From a virus (lineage: Duplodnaviria; Caudoviricetes): a stretch of DNA of 64,000 bases. Below are positions 49,318 through 61,300 of the stretch, one piece after another. The notes below the pieces were generated by a model that saw only the letters and a list, made by a program, of their open reading frames with translations, did no database searches and was not told where the DNA came from. The stretch lies in the IMG/VR virus record IMGVR_UViG_2061766007_001346, positions 1 through 64,000 of that record, one strand, 5' to 3'. Every line of letters begins with the position of its first letter. Position 1 is the first letter of the stretch. The position numbers and the translations under genes are program-made.

Positions 49318-49879
49318 GTTTATCTTTTCCGCTTATAAATGTATATGCAAACTTTTCATTACGAGTGGCAATTAATTTAAAATCTTTTACATATGCCGAA
49401 GTCAATTTCTTATGGAAACCATATATTGGGTCCTTAACACATACTTCAAAGACATATGCTGGACTATGAATTAAGCATTCGTCAAGAATTTTAAAAAAAT
49501 GAACTTCTTTGAGGAATATAGTCTTTCTACGTTTATTAGATTTACTCCGAATTTGAGGTAAGTATTCGTTTTGATAACTTTCTTCGGATAATCCAAAATA
49601 GTATTTCCCATTATACTGAACCCTATTCTTTATATAGTAAAAACGATATTTTATGGATTTTTTCGCACACCTGTATCGATTTGCAAGGGTTTTGTTAACA
49701 TATATTTTTCCAATAAATGCTGTATAATAAGGGCTTTTAAATAGGACGTCTCCTCTAATATTATAATATCAAAGTTTTCTTAGTCCACTTTTTATGATTT
49801 TATCTACTTGTTTTTCTGTTAATCTCGGATATCTTTTTAATACTTGCTCATAATATTTTTCTGGGTTTACAATGTCCAT
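49298..49879 (-). CDS. Basic hypothetical protein (position of crAss IHF/HU-like genes), 193 aa, 1 TGA
   Basis: Open with TGA=W; K/R/Y-rich; coupled to neighbours. Confidence 0.6.
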
Positions 49880-50343
49880 TAGTAATACTGTTTTCCTGAA
49901 TTAATTTTCGAATAAAACCATTGCTTTAGATTACACGATATATATATTTTCTTTTCGTATATGCTTCGTCCACATATTCGTTGATATACTAGATAATAAG
50001 CTTTAAAATCGGTTTTAATGAAATCTGTTCCTATAAAAGCGCCGTTAGCCACGGCACGTTTTAATTCTTCTCCCTGAATGCATTTAACAAACATGTACGC
50101 TCTCTGTTTGGAAAATAATGGGAGTTCAAAGGTAACATTATTTTCGATTATATCCAAAATTACTAGATATATAAAGTAAGTAAATATTTGTCCGCACAAT
50201 TCGACAATAGTATCCGCACCGTAATATGTTGGTAATACTTTACGGATTCCTATTGCCTGTGCGTCCTTTAACTCAAATAGTTCTTTTGGAGTAAAACTAA
50301 AGTCGTTGTAAAAGTCTCAATTTCGTTCACCTCTAGGCTGCAT
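49879..50343 (-). CDS. Basic hypothetical protein, tentatively IHF/HU-like, 154 aa, 1 TGA
   Basis: Extends the 49879..50199 call to ATG 50343; LDIIENNVTFELP helix-strand pattern; synteny. Confidence 0.55.
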
Positions 50344-51035
50344 TACTTTGTAGGTTTAAAAGAATGCCCATAAAATTTTCTATTCCACGAAGCTCTCGCA
50401 TCCAAAACAGCATCCATATCATTTTGAGACACATGTTCTGGTATTCTTGCAGCATTGCAAGCACGCAGCCAATCCTCTTTGACGGTCTGCGCAAATTTCA
50501 TAAGATTTGCATCTTGTTTTTTAATTGAATCTTTATAAATTGATGTATACGCAATAAATGCTGCAACAGCTCTAAGTTCCTTGTCATTTACGAGAGGCAT
50601 TCCCGTTTCTTCATCTGCAAAAATTCCATGATAGACGACCATTACAGCGGGATAATCATGAGTGAAATAAAGTGTTCCATTGCCCTCATCATATCTTATA
50701 AGCTTACCTTTTTGTAATAGTGGGTCGGTATTAAAGTGTCATCTATCGATATATTGTTCTACTCAAATTGATTCTGATCAATAATTATGTGAATCCGGAC
50801 CTATAAATTTAGCATCCGGAATAGGAATGTGTACCGATTCGATTACATCCGCATTGCACGGAAGTTCTAGTTTCTTATCCTCGACACGCCCAATATACTT
50901 ATATAATCGCGTGTGTTTGGTTCCTATTCTACCCCAAGCGTCTAATGCCAAATCTTCGAAAGAAGATTCATCTGGAGAAATGCCGTATAAGGTTTCACAA
51001 AGACCATAAGCAGCATTTAAATTAGTTAGTTCCAT
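50343..51035 (-). CDS. Tail ring / tubular protein, 230 aa
   Basis: Fragments 50343 and 50778 are in one frame via TGA; KLELPCN..IESV, YHGIFADEETGMPLV. Confidence 0.7.
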
Positions 51036-51037
51036 AA

Positions 51038-51709
51038 TTATCGTGCGGTTTGGTCATTTCTATGTGGAGGTTGTAATGCACTTCTGTAGTAATATAATTT
51101 CTCTTTGGTGAGCCTAGTCTTTATTTCGGAACTAATACTTCCGAGATCTCCACCGCCACCATCACAATCACCATTACAGCCAATCTTTTCTAATTGTCTA
51201 GGATCTCTGAAAACACCAATCACCGAGATGTTCTTTACATAGGGCAGATTATAAATCCAACCATCATACATTCCGTTTTCATTTGGAGTGGTTTCTATAT
51301 ATACATATGGTTGATTGACGTTTCTTTTTTTGTATTTATGATATTTCACTTGCGTTGGCGAGAAATACACTTTATATTGTTGTTTTCTGTCGGCAGACCC
51401 AACTCAGGCTATAGCATCGCCGCCAATTCCCGATACTAATTGCGGAATTTCAAAATGCATTTCCGATTTTCCCACTTTCGTGCAACATTTGGTAGAATCT
51501 TTACAGTCCACCTCAATGCAGTTAATAGCGGTGAGCAAATCATTTTTGTGAAGCAACCCACGTCTCCACTTTTCGATAATAATGCTTTCTCTTAATGCTA
51601 CGACTTCGTCTTGTAATTGTTCTTCCGAAATAGTTACATTTTCGTGTAAACCAACAAGCCCAGATACAACATCATTAAGAATTGCATATGTTAATTGTTC
51701 TATAGTCAT
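51038..51709 (-). CDS. Tail ring protein, 223 aa
   Basis: Fragments 51038 and 51404 joined by TGA; INCIEVDC, ISVIGVFRDPR. Confidence 0.7.
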
Positions 51710-51722
51710 ACGCAAATATATT

Positions 51723-51764
51723 AAAGAAAATAGGGCGAGCGAGACAATTCTCACCCGCCCTATT
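51723..51764 (-). terminator. Intrinsic terminator
   Basis: Minus strand AATAGGGCGGGTGAGA-ATTG-TCTCGCTCGCCCTATT followed by TTCTTT. Confidence 0.8.
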
Positions 51765-51769
51765 AAAAA

Positions 51770-52018
51770 CTATCTTACTATGTAATCTACAATAGAGGGC
51801 TTAATCTGAATATTAGGATCGTCTACAACTGCTGTAGTTTTCACAGTAAAAATATCACCCGGTTTAGCATTAGAACTAATCGATAGAACACCTTTACTAT
51901 CAACACTTGCTATAGATGAACCTTTTAAGATACTCCAAGTAAAGTGATAGTTTCCTTTAGGAAGTGGATATATATCACCTACCAATTGAGTTCTCTGCCC
52001 AGGTTTGATACATTTCAT
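51770..52018 (-). CDS. Stand-alone Ig-like (Big-type) domain protein
   Basis: FTWSILKGSSIASVDSKGVLSI pattern typical of bacterial Ig-like domains. Confidence 0.65.
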   Translation of the reverse strand: MKCIKPGQRTQLVGDIYPLPKGNYHFTWSILKGSSIASVDSKGVLSISSNAKPGDIFTVKTTAVVDDPNIQIKPSIVDYIVR

Positions 52019-52020
52019 GA

Positions 52021-53031
52021 TTATTCTCCGCTGTTGCTAGAAGAAGCGGCCTCAACAACGTTGGTATCAGGGTTGGTCACCTGAATGTCGTTAGTAGTAA
52101 CCACGGTAGCACCGAGATTCTCAAATGCGGTCTGGAACTTGTCAGCTTCAGTCGTCGGCACATAGTAGACGTGACGAGTGATAGCCATCATAGCTTGACC
52201 AACACCGGAGAGACCACCAAGACCCGGACGAGGTGACTGATATGCGAAGGAGAACTGGGTGTAAACCACACCAGGGGTCGGATAGTCACCGTAACCAGGA
52301 GCGTGATAACGAGTGTTCGGATAGGTAGGGAAGCGGAGATTCTCCTGCAGCCACTCACCAGTAGCGAACGGAACAACACCAGCGACAGCGATAGAAGCAG
52401 CGTTTACAGAAGCGTCATCGTTCTTAAGAATGTCAACTGGAGCAAGATACTCACCAATGCAGGAGTCGCAAGTGGTTTCATCGTAGAAGGATAGACCAAC
52501 GCAGTCGAAGCGAAGAGCCGGATGTAGAGCAAGTAAGCTCACAACGGTATCGTTCTCAGCAAATGGCTGGAGGGCACCCTCGACAACCTGTCCGCCCACC
52601 TTGAATTCTTCGTCGCGAAGAGCGAGTAATAGAGACTCGTGAAGCTTAGCAGCAATAGTAGCGGCAGTATCAGTGCTGACTACATCATAGCCGATAAGAA
52701 TCTGGCGACCGAAGGTGTTGTAGTTAGGATAACCAAACTCATAAATAGCGTGAGGATCAAGCAGTTTAACAAACATGTTGAGCTGATAGGTACCAGGATC
52801 GGTAGGAAGCTTGGAAGCATTGATGGAAAGAATTTCGTTCTTTCCGACCACACCGTCAGTACGATAAACAACATGTTCGTTAGCACCCTGAGACTGGATG
52901 AATGCTTTGAAATACTCACCACCACGTTGGATTACAAGTGGTTTGCCAGCGCCAACCTCAAAGATAATACGATCGGAGCCGTCCGGCATTGTAAGGGAAT
53001 TAAAAACTAATTCGTGTGTGTACTGAAACAT
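52021..53031 (-). CDS. Abundant structural protein, probable auxiliary capsid protein
   Basis: Codon bias similar to the MCP; GEWLQENLRFPT; position in the crAss capsid block. Confidence 0.65.
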   Translation of the reverse strand: MFQYTHELVFNSLTMPDGSDRIIFEVGAGKPLVIQRGGEYFKAFIQSQGANEHVVYRTDGVVGKNEILSINASKLPTDPGTYQLNMFVKLLDPHAIYEFGYPNYNTFGRQILIGYDVVSTDTAATIAAKLHESLLLALRDEEFKVGGQVVEGALQPFAENDTVVSLLALHPALRFDCVGLSFYDETTCDSCIGEYLAPVDILKNDDASVNAASIAVAGVVPFATGEWLQENLRFPTYPNTRYHAPGYGDYPTPGVVYTQFSFAYQSPRPGLGGLSGVGQAMMAITRHVYYVPTTEADKFQTAFENLGATVVTTNDIQVTNPDTNVVEAASSSNSGE

Positions 53032-53057
53032 AATTCTAAAATTTAAAAAGTTAATAA

Positions 53058-53990
53058 TTAAGACCTATCCCTAGACGATTGACTTTGAGGAACGGCGGTA
53101 GGATCTGCTACCGACTGATTGACAGTGAAATTGGTTTGAAGTCTAGGGTCGCTAGAATTCTCCATCAATAACTTGACAAATTCGTTCACAATCTCATAAC
53201 AAACGTAATCAGGAAACTCTAAAACTCTTGTATTATCAACAGTATCGATTGTTTCTTGATAAGTCAATCTTATAAACATAGGGGCTTTAATATAATCGAT
53301 ATATATCGTTTGTGGAGTGAATACTGTATCGTCATCTCCAAAACGAATCTCCAACCTAACGTTTGACGCATTAGATAATCTAATATCTGCTGGTTTTACT
53401 GAATCTACATGATCACTAAAGGATTGATCGGTATGAACAATGGGGGAAACGTCTGCATCAGCAGTTGTTCTTCCTTCAATTTCATTTTCTTTCAGTGCAG
53501 TTCTTGACTCCTCTGCTTTAGGATCACTGATATCGTTCACATTATTTATGTAGAAATAAGGACGTTTATAATCAGGCTTCATGTAAACATTATGTAATAT
53601 TCCAGAAGTCATATCTGCAGTTAGTCTGCGAGCAGAGAAATCGATATAATCTCCAGCACTATAGCACTTAAAGGATTTATTTACTTTGTATTCAACAACG
53701 CAGTTGAGAATGTGCATATAATCTGAAGGAAGATATGTCACATAAACAAACTTTTGTCCCCTTCCAACTCGACCAATAACCTCTTTAGTTAAATCTAATT
53801 GAGCAGTCGCTTTTAGAACTCTTAAGTCATCTGAAGATTGCTGATTTATATCGTATCGATTATATACTTTGTTTATATATTGTTGGACAGCCTTATTCAT
53901 AAAATAATTAAAGTCTTCTAGCAGTAAGCTAGGTGCTTCGACTTTATTCATCTCGATTAAAGCGTAATCGTATAATTCACGAATTGTCAT
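53058..53990 (-). CDS. Tail ring / head-tail adaptor protein
   Basis: IEMNK..FNYFMNKAVQQY..DDLRVL; LPSDYMHILNC; YIDYIKAP; EFPDYVCYEIV. Confidence 0.72.
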   Translation of the reverse strand: MTIRELYDYALIEMNKVEAPSLLLEDFNYFMNKAVQQYINKVYNRYDINQQSSDDLRVLKATAQLDLTKEVIGRVGRGQKFVYVTYLPSDYMHILNCVVEYKVNKSFKCYSAGDYIDFSARRLTADMTSGILHNVYMKPDYKRPYFYINNVNDISDPKAEESRTALKENEIEGRTTADADVSPIVHTDQSFSDHVDSVKPADIRLSNASNVRLEIRFGDDDTVFTPQTIYIDYIKAPMFIRLTYQETIDTVDNTRVLEFPDYVCYEIVNEFVKLLMENSSDPRLQTNFTVNQSVADPTAVPQSQSSRDRS

Positions 53991-54053
53991 AGTACTCAAT
54001 TATTTTAGTTAAACATTATAGACTGTCTTATTTGGTGTCTATTTAAATTTAGA

Positions 54054-54929
54054 TTAAGACTTTTTCGTAGTTTTCTTTGGCGGATTTACCGACGGTTTTT
54101 CAACGGTGTCTTCTGGTTCAGTGTTATTGATGGCTGCTAAATGTGCTGCAAATTCTGGATACACATGCGCTTTAAAAGCGTCCAGAATCGGTTTGTTCAT
54201 AGGAGTTTTAAGGAATACGAGGACTGCTTCTTCGTTAGCTCCCATGTTTGTATCACCATACATAAACCATCCGTTGATCTTCTTAAGGACACCCTTCTCT
54301 TTTGCGTCAAGAATGAGCAACTGAAGTCCTGTATCCTGACCAGTATAAAGGTCTATGATTCTTCCCGGAGACTTATCGGCAATTTCAAATAAGAATGCCT
54401 GTGCGTCTGCAAATGGTGCGTTCCGCATGTTTCTTCCGAGCAAACGGCACTTTGTGAGAATACCGTTCATAGAGTCACCGTTGATATACTGGTATGCTTC
54501 CATAATCTGTTTCTTACGACTGATTATGCGTTCAGATTCCTCACCTGCAACATCCACATATAACTCGGCAATACCATACTTGGTCTTATCTCCATCAATT
54601 AAGAGATTTCCTTTTTCATCTTTTGCATTGCGGGTCGGTGCAATTAAATCACTATCTTTAATTGCGATCCACTTATTATACTGAAGGGGATCAGATAAAT
54701 CAAAAGTTGTTCCTTCTGTTATTACAATGTCCATATCTTCGGGAATAAAATATTTCGAATTCGGGTCATTGCGTTCTGCTTCAGAAAGTATCATGTAAGA
54801 AGTACCATCAGCATCATATCTCACAGGTTTAACAAAATCATAATTCAAGCCGTTAGGCTGCTTCATAGGAGTAAGATGATACTCCTTTACTTTGTAAACC
54901 GATCGTAAAGTAATTACTTTATTTTCCAT
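54054..54929 (-). CDS. Conserved capsid-block protein downstream of the MCP (possible portal-vertex protein)
   Basis: 291-aa ORF; position immediately after the MCP as in crAss-like phages. Confidence 0.6.
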   Translation of the reverse strand: MENKVITLRSVYKVKEYHLTPMKQPNGLNYDFVKPVRYDADGTSYMILSEAERNDPNSKYFIPEDMDIVITEGTTFDLSDPLQYNKWIAIKDSDLIAPTRNAKDEKGNLLIDGDKTKYGIAELYVDVAGEESERIISRKKQIMEAYQYINGDSMNGILTKCRLLGRNMRNAPFADAQAFLFEIADKSPGRIIDLYTGQDTGLQLLILDAKEKGVLKKINGWFMYGDTNMGANEEAVLVFLKTPMNKPILDAFKAHVYPEFAAHLAAINNTEPEDTVEKPSVNPPKKTTKKS

Positions 54930-54965
54930 ATTAATCCATTAAATTCTATTAAAAAGTCTAAATCT

Positions 54966-54996
54966 AAAAAACTCCCTCCCTTACGAGAGGGAGTTT
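54966..54996 (-). terminator. Intrinsic terminator after the major capsid gene
   Basis: AAACTCCCTC...GAGGGAGTTT stem with a T tract on the minus strand. Confidence 0.85.
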
Positions 54997-55018
54997 ACTT
55001 ATCTATTCAAAAAAGCTA

Positions 55019-56449
55019 TTAGAACCAAGGGTTCTGTCTCTTGGCGCTCATGAGCACCACAGACTTGTAAGGATTGAAGACTGCGATGGAACCAGTACCC
55101 CAAGCGATGAGTTTGGAACCAGCGACCGGGCTGGAAACCTCACCAGAGGATGTACCATTTAGACCACCAACACCAAGAATATGGTTCTCGATATAATCGG
55201 TACCCTTGAAGGTGTATTTGGCGATAGCCGGTTTGCCAGTCTTAGTATCCGGAGTAAGATCAACAAGTAAACCGTACTTGCGATCAGGGAATTCGACGTC
55301 GAGAGATCTGTCGAGTTTGAAACCAATCGTATTTCCACCGTAAGTATAGGTGTCATAAGTTGCACCAGCGGCGATATAACCATTGGAACCACGGCTCCAT
55401 AGGAAGTTACCATCAGTATGGCGATCCTTCAGGAAGAGATCGATAACGCTCTGTACATCGTCCCACATTAGAGTGTTGCAAAGGAATAGGAACTTATTGC
55501 CCGTACCCTTGTCACATTTTGCTACGAGAGCAGCGAGAGCTTTCTTCAGCCAAGCAACAGTTAGTCTGGAGAAGACAAACTTGGTAGCAAATCTTTCGAT
55601 CTGGCTAATAGCACCATCAGAGGTGATAAGTGGTCTGCCAGTTTCGGGCTCGTAAATCTTAGGATTACCAGCGGAATCAACATCACTCTTACCCCAAGCG
55701 AATTTATTCTCACGAACGAGCATGAAGTTGTCAAGAAGGACTTTCTTCACACCAGGTAGACGATACACAGGATCGTCGTCTTTGCCCTTACCAATCTGGA
55801 TGAATACATCCTCCATGGTAGCGTACTGTGCGGAATAATCGATATCGCAACGGTGAGTGGAAATGAAGCCTCTGAATTTCTCAGTGTTGGACTGATACTT
55901 GGTATAACCTTCCTCGTGCAGTTCGGGCATGTAGTTGGTCACGAATCTGGTGAGACGGCCAGCTGCATTAGCCACAAAAGCGTCAGGAATCTGAGACGAA
56001 TAGTCATCGTCAACAAGCTTACCAACTACGATGAAGCAGTTATCAGCAATTCTCTGAGGTCTGTTAAGAACAATCACATACTGACGAAGATCTTCGATGA
56101 TAAACGTATCATATTTCTGATAATAATTCTCAGGGAATCTGAAGATGATGTCGCTAGCATTGCAACCATTTCCTTCCATGGAAAGAATAGGAAGTCTCTT
56201 AATGCGGTTGACTTCGAGTTCCCACTCGTACATATAGTTGTTGATACGCTGCCAGGAGTTCTTGGAAACCTTTTCATTAGTAAAGGTGTTCATCAGGGCC
56301 TCGGTAAGATTCGTAAAGGTATACTGATCGTAAAGAGTCGCTACAAGGCCAATTCTTTCTGGACGAACGCCTAAGAATTTAGAGAAGTCTTCAAATGTTC
56401 TTGTAGTGTGCATCTCTGGACGCACAGTAGTAAAATTAGTAATTCTCAT
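55019..56449 (-). CDS. Major capsid protein
   Basis: 476 aa, strong codon bias, follows a scaffold-like gene and is followed by a terminator; YEWEL, STHRCDIDYS, DGAISQIE features of crAss-type MCPs. Confidence 0.85.
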   Translation of the reverse strand: MRITNFTTVRPEMHTTRTFEDFSKFLGVRPERIGLVATLYDQYTFTNLTEALMNTFTNEKVSKNSWQRINNYMYEWELEVNRIKRLPILSMEGNGCNASDIIFRFPENYYQKYDTFIIEDLRQYVIVLNRPQRIADNCFIVVGKLVDDDYSSQIPDAFVANAAGRLTRFVTNYMPELHEEGYTKYQSNTEKFRGFISTHRCDIDYSAQYATMEDVFIQIGKGKDDDPVYRLPGVKKVLLDNFMLVRENKFAWGKSDVDSAGNPKIYEPETGRPLITSDGAISQIERFATKFVFSRLTVAWLKKALAALVAKCDKGTGNKFLFLCNTLMWDDVQSVIDLFLKDRHTDGNFLWSRGSNGYIAAGATYDTYTYGGNTIGFKLDRSLDVEFPDRKYGLLVDLTPDTKTGKPAIAKYTFKGTDYIENHILGVGGLNGTSSGEVSSPVAGSKLIAWGTGSIAVFNPYKSVVLMSAKRQNPWF

Positions 56450-56486
56450 ATATAAATAAAATTAATTAGTAGATGTTACCAAATCA

Positions 56487-57623
56487 TTATTTCCACAAAT
56501 CAAATATATTAGGATTAGGATTTAAATCTGATTTGGGTTTATTAACAACAACGGTGTCGTTCTTTTTTGCGTACTTCTCCAACGCTTTTTTTGTCGTAGC
56601 CAATTCTTTACGAGTTTCTGCAAGTGCTTTCTTTCAGTATTGTGAAATACCCGTGATAACACTACGTCCGTTCGTACGAAGCCAAGCTAACTCAATTAAA
56701 GCTGCAGGATCTGACAAATCTTTATCAAATTGACTCCTACCGTCCTTATCTGGAGCAAGAAGGTAATTCATAATTGCCGCCTTATCTCCCTCCTCAATTT
56801 CAAGAGCGTCGCTCTCTGGATCGTCTGTATCTAAAACAACCTCAGAAAACCTATTTACTGCATCTAAAAGTGAATTCTGAAGCGCTTCATACTGCATTCG
56901 TTCTGCCTGTTGGGCAGCTTCTGCCTGACGATCTTCTTCGCCTTTATAGTATACTCGGAGAGCATCTACCTCTTTCTTGAAAAGTTCCTCATTAGTTTTT
57001 GCCGATTCAAGTTTACTGCGAACTTCGTCCTCAGTAAAATCTGGGAATTTTGCGAATAAATCGGCCATATATAATTCGTCATCAGAATAATCGTCAATTT
57101 TATATGACTTCTGATGTACAGCTTCTGGATTTTCAGCAAGATATGCTTCAATTGCCTTTTGCTGATAGGCAGCAATTAGATTTTCGAGCGTAGTATTATT
57201 CTTACGAAGAATATCGATAACCTGCTTCTCATAATCAGTGTACTGATTATTAGTTAGTTCCTGAATAACACTTAGCTGTTCCTCTTTCGACAAAGCGTTA
57301 AAATCTTGCTCTTCTATCTCTCCAGCCTCATTCTCGAACTGGAGCTTTGTGGGATCTTTGATTCCAAGAGACATTAATAAACTTTCCATGACAGAAGGTT
57401 CCGGATTTGTAGGTTCCGCATTAACTGGTTCTGTCGGCTCACTTGGAGTCTCTTCGACTTTTTCAGTTGGTTCTTCCTGTTCAGGCTCTTTATCACTAGG
57501 CTGATCTGGAAGAAGCGGCTCAATTGGTGCCGCGTTAAAGTCTACTGTTTCTTGTCCAGTGTTATCCACCGGATCATCGAGTAGGGAATCATAACTCCCT
57601 GTAAATTCGTTAGAAATATTCAT
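56487..57623 (-). CDS. Acidic scaffold-like protein, 378 aa, single TGA at 56634
   Basis: E/P-rich N-terminus, coiled coil; extends through TGA to ...NIFDLWK*; directly upstream of the MCP. Confidence 0.7.
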
Positions 57624-57663
57624 ACAACATTAGTCCTTTTAGTAGAGTTAAACTTAAAATCGC

Positions 57664-57700
57664 TGCAAATATACAAATAAAAAATTGGAAATCAAAATTT
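57664..57700 (-). promoter_or_regulatory. Bacteroidota-type promoter for the scaffold/capsid operon
   Basis: Minus strand AAATTTTGAT...TATATTTGCA with a 19-nt spacer after TTTG. Confidence 0.72.
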
Positions 57701-58321
57701 TTACTTAATTATTTTGATAAATTTCTGTTCTTTTTGAACACAATATGGATTTTCTTGAATAACGTCCGCCTCTACAACAATTTGTTTCTTTTGAAATAGC
57801 CTGGCTAATCAGCATTTTTTGGGAGGGTCGACGGTGACCTTCTCATCGTGGAACGCCACAATTGTCGAATTCTTAAACGCATAATCTACATTTAGAATGT
57901 TTGGATATTCTGCGTGAATCGCAACCGTACTCCAATCATCCCCAACCAATGTGTCTAACAGAACACCTTTTTTAAATATTGTATCGTGAACAAAGATACT
58001 ATCTTTCTTCTGCGTTAAGGACGCTATATACTGCAATTCGGTTATTTCCTTATCTTTTATTTTCAGCTTTTTTCGAACATCGTTTAAATGTGAAACCAAA
58101 GAATCGTTAGAATGATTCAATTGCTCTACAGCGAACTGAAATTGAATTGTTTTGTCTTTTAACGAGTCTCGTTCGGATTCATAGGCCTTGTTGTTATTTG
58201 TAGCAACTAAAAGCTCGGTGTTCAATTCATGAATTTTATCGGATTGGGTTTTGACTGCCACACCCAATCCAATGAATGTGGCAATCAAAATACCAATTAT
58301 CCAAAGTTTTAATTTACTCAT
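57701..58321 (-). CDS. Membrane-anchored coiled-coil protein, spanin-like, 206 aa, single TGA
   Basis: N-terminal TM helix, coiled coil, KDSIFVHDTI; continues KKC[W]LARLFQKK...ENPY to TAA 57701. Confidence 0.6.
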
Positions 58322-61300
58322 TAGAATGTACGATAGTTATGACGCGAAGTTGCCGTCGATACAGTACGAGGCGACTCGTGCGTTACAGTATTAGGATTGT
58401 ATCCATCAAATACATAGTATTCATTATTGTTGGTAGATTTACCGAAGACATTGTTGAACGCCACATATTGTCTTGATACATTGTCTCTTGTTTCATTCGG
58501 TGTCGACTTCATGTTAGACTGTGCAAATGCACCGTAAGCATTGGCGACATTATTACGTGAGAACACATTAGTTACGAGAGTCTTATCATTAGCAGAACCT
58601 TCTGCGAATCAAGCATGATAGAAGATCTGTCTTACATTCAGCGAACCGGTAAGTTTGCTAAATACTTCATATAACTGCGGATTCTTCAGGAAGGAAACAC
58701 CTTCGAATGCGTATGACAGGTTGGTAACCCTTGGCGCATATGAGAAGAATGATGGAGGAATCAAATATGCCTGTCCATTAATATTATATGAATATAGATG
58801 CGTACATCAAGCGAACATTTCCTGTATGGAAGTTGTATTTGGAACCGGTTTAAGCATATATGGACAAATTCTACCCTTCAGACCATAAGGACCGGATAAG
58901 TGTGACGAGTAACTCAACGTACCGTTTGTATCATGACCAGCGCCCGTGAACATATATGCGACCGATGCGTTACTAGTGCACCATCTAAGTAGATCTGGAG
59001 GAGCGCAGAAGTTAAGCACAGGTGTTGCGTTACTGTCAAACAGAGGATGCCAACTTGCAAATACATCATCTTCTTCGGTAAACTCATCGAGCGATAGGTA
59101 TGAATTTCCAGTTTCATCGATGTAATTACAACCATCGAATTCCCACATATAGGTCTTATCGTTCTCATCCTTATTAGCTCTGGTTCATACACCGCCACTG
59201 ACAAGGTATTCATATGGACAATAGGTTGGATTGTTTTCCACAGTAGGTTCGAGACATACATATGGATCACAGTTAACTCCGGCGAAGCATCCTGTTAAGT
59301 CGGTAATCGTGTTCTTAGGCAGACTAATGTCGTAGCTTACAGATGTGACGGTTCATGTGTCGTCAACATATTCTGTTGTACTGGAAACTGTTACCCAATC
59401 ATTATTCTGCCAATACTGCACCTCTCTTGTTATTTCGGACAACGGCGTGTATGTAAGTACATCGTCTTCCAAAGAACAGTAAGTGTAGGAATCGCGGTAT
59501 TGAACATTTACCGTCTCTCCATCAACAACTTCCGTACCAGCAGCAGAAGTAAGCACGAGATAGTTTCCTATAACGCTCTGACTATCAAACGTAACCGTCT
59601 TTGTTCTTGAGGTCTCGGTTGTACCACGTAATGTGCGAGTAGATGTAGTAAAACCAAGATTGAACAGACGTCTGGGAATCTCGCCGATAAGTTGGCTGTT
59701 ATCCGAAGCAAAACAGTATCTCGCCTGTTTCAGCTTCGTTCCAACAAAACCGTCGGAAGTCAACTGATAAGGATTGTTGAAATTGTAGAAACAGTGCTCT
59801 ACATTTTCAAGACTCGAACAGCCCGTGAACAATGTTCCTGGTAACTCAACCGTTCCAACTGGATTTTCGAACGAAGCGTTCTTAAAGAATCCCGTAAACA
59901 TCACAAGTTTTCTTGCAGCACCACTATTACGAATAATATCGTACGGGAACGCATTACCCTGGATGACTTTTACGATACCACTTCCGCTAAATGCCGTATT
60001 CGTAGCAGAACCGACATTGGAACCAGAAGCAATATATCCAACTCTTGTTAGATTGCTGAATCCGAAGAATGTTTGATCGTCAATCGGCATGGTTACTGTC
60101 GAATTGCTTGAACTCGATACTCTAAAGCTATGATATATATTTATAACCTTAGACTTATTCTCGAACAAGTTTTGAACATTAAGGGTTCCCTTTCCATTAG
60201 TACTGATAAAGCAACCTCTCACGGTAGTAACAGTCGCGGGAATCTTACTGAACGTATCGTAATCAATTATCGCAGTATTATAAAACAAAGAATCCATCGT
60301 TCCAGTTAGACCAGGAATATACCTGAAGAAATTTGATATATTACCCGAACCAAATAAATAATCCGAAGGTGTAGTAAGTCTTGCATAAGTGCTTGCTGTA
60401 TCCAAAGTGTTGACATTTGCTACAATCAATACCGGAGAGAAATATGCAATTGTGGTTGCTGGAAGATTACTACCATTCAGTCCTTCAAACGCACGTCTAT
60501 CACTAATATATCTTGAACTATAGAATATTGTACCATAATTCTTACAGCTTGCCAGCGGACTAAATAGTCCTTGGTGTGACGAGCACATGGTAAATATTCT
60601 GAAGTTATTGCTTCCAGTAGAATAGAACATGGAATTAACCGTAGTAACTCTTCCGCACTTGTTAAACATCGTTCAATGTGGCGAATTATCTACCGTTTCG
60701 GTACAAGTAAACTCAACGTTCTTACAATGTCTGAACATATCAGCCAAACCAGTAGCATTACCAATGTTCCAGAGAATGTAGTAAACGTCGAAGTTCGTGC
60801 AACTTGTAGACTCAAAGGAACTTGTGGCAGTTGTATTCTGGAACGTCATGTTCGTTACTTCGTCACCGGGCACGTAAGCTTCGAAATGAATTGCTTCGTT
60901 GGAACTAACATCGTCCGTAAAGTGCTTAATATAGTCTCCATCCATTGCAGACTCTCCATTAAATGTAGCTTCGCTCAATGGACTGCCCAATATCGAGAAC
61001 TGCGAACATCCGCTAAATGCAGAAGAGCAATTGATTCGAACATTACCATAAACACGTTTTAATGATGTACATCCACTGAAGGAAGAATTTATAATAATAG
61101 GTTCGTCCTCAATATTATCAAACTGCACATATTCGACACTAACGTTGGAACCTAAACTCAAACTTTCAAGAGCTGTGCAACCCTTTAAATTAAGAGTGTC
61201 TGTGATTATACTTCCAGAAGGAGTGATCCATGTGATAGATTTTATTCTGGAGGCACTTAAATTAAGCACTCTCAGTGTGTCTCTACACTCAATAGGAAGA

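Noticed and set aside
51710-51745. TATATTTG -7-like box just before the ring gene ATG
   Set aside because: There is no TTTG at the -33 position, which lies within a terminator stem; insufficient support.
51770-52040. Programmed frameshift or read-through fusing the Ig domain to the upstream capsid protein
   Set aside because: The stop is TAA, the Ig frame is closed by a TAG seven codons upstream of its ATG, and no slippery heptamer is evident.
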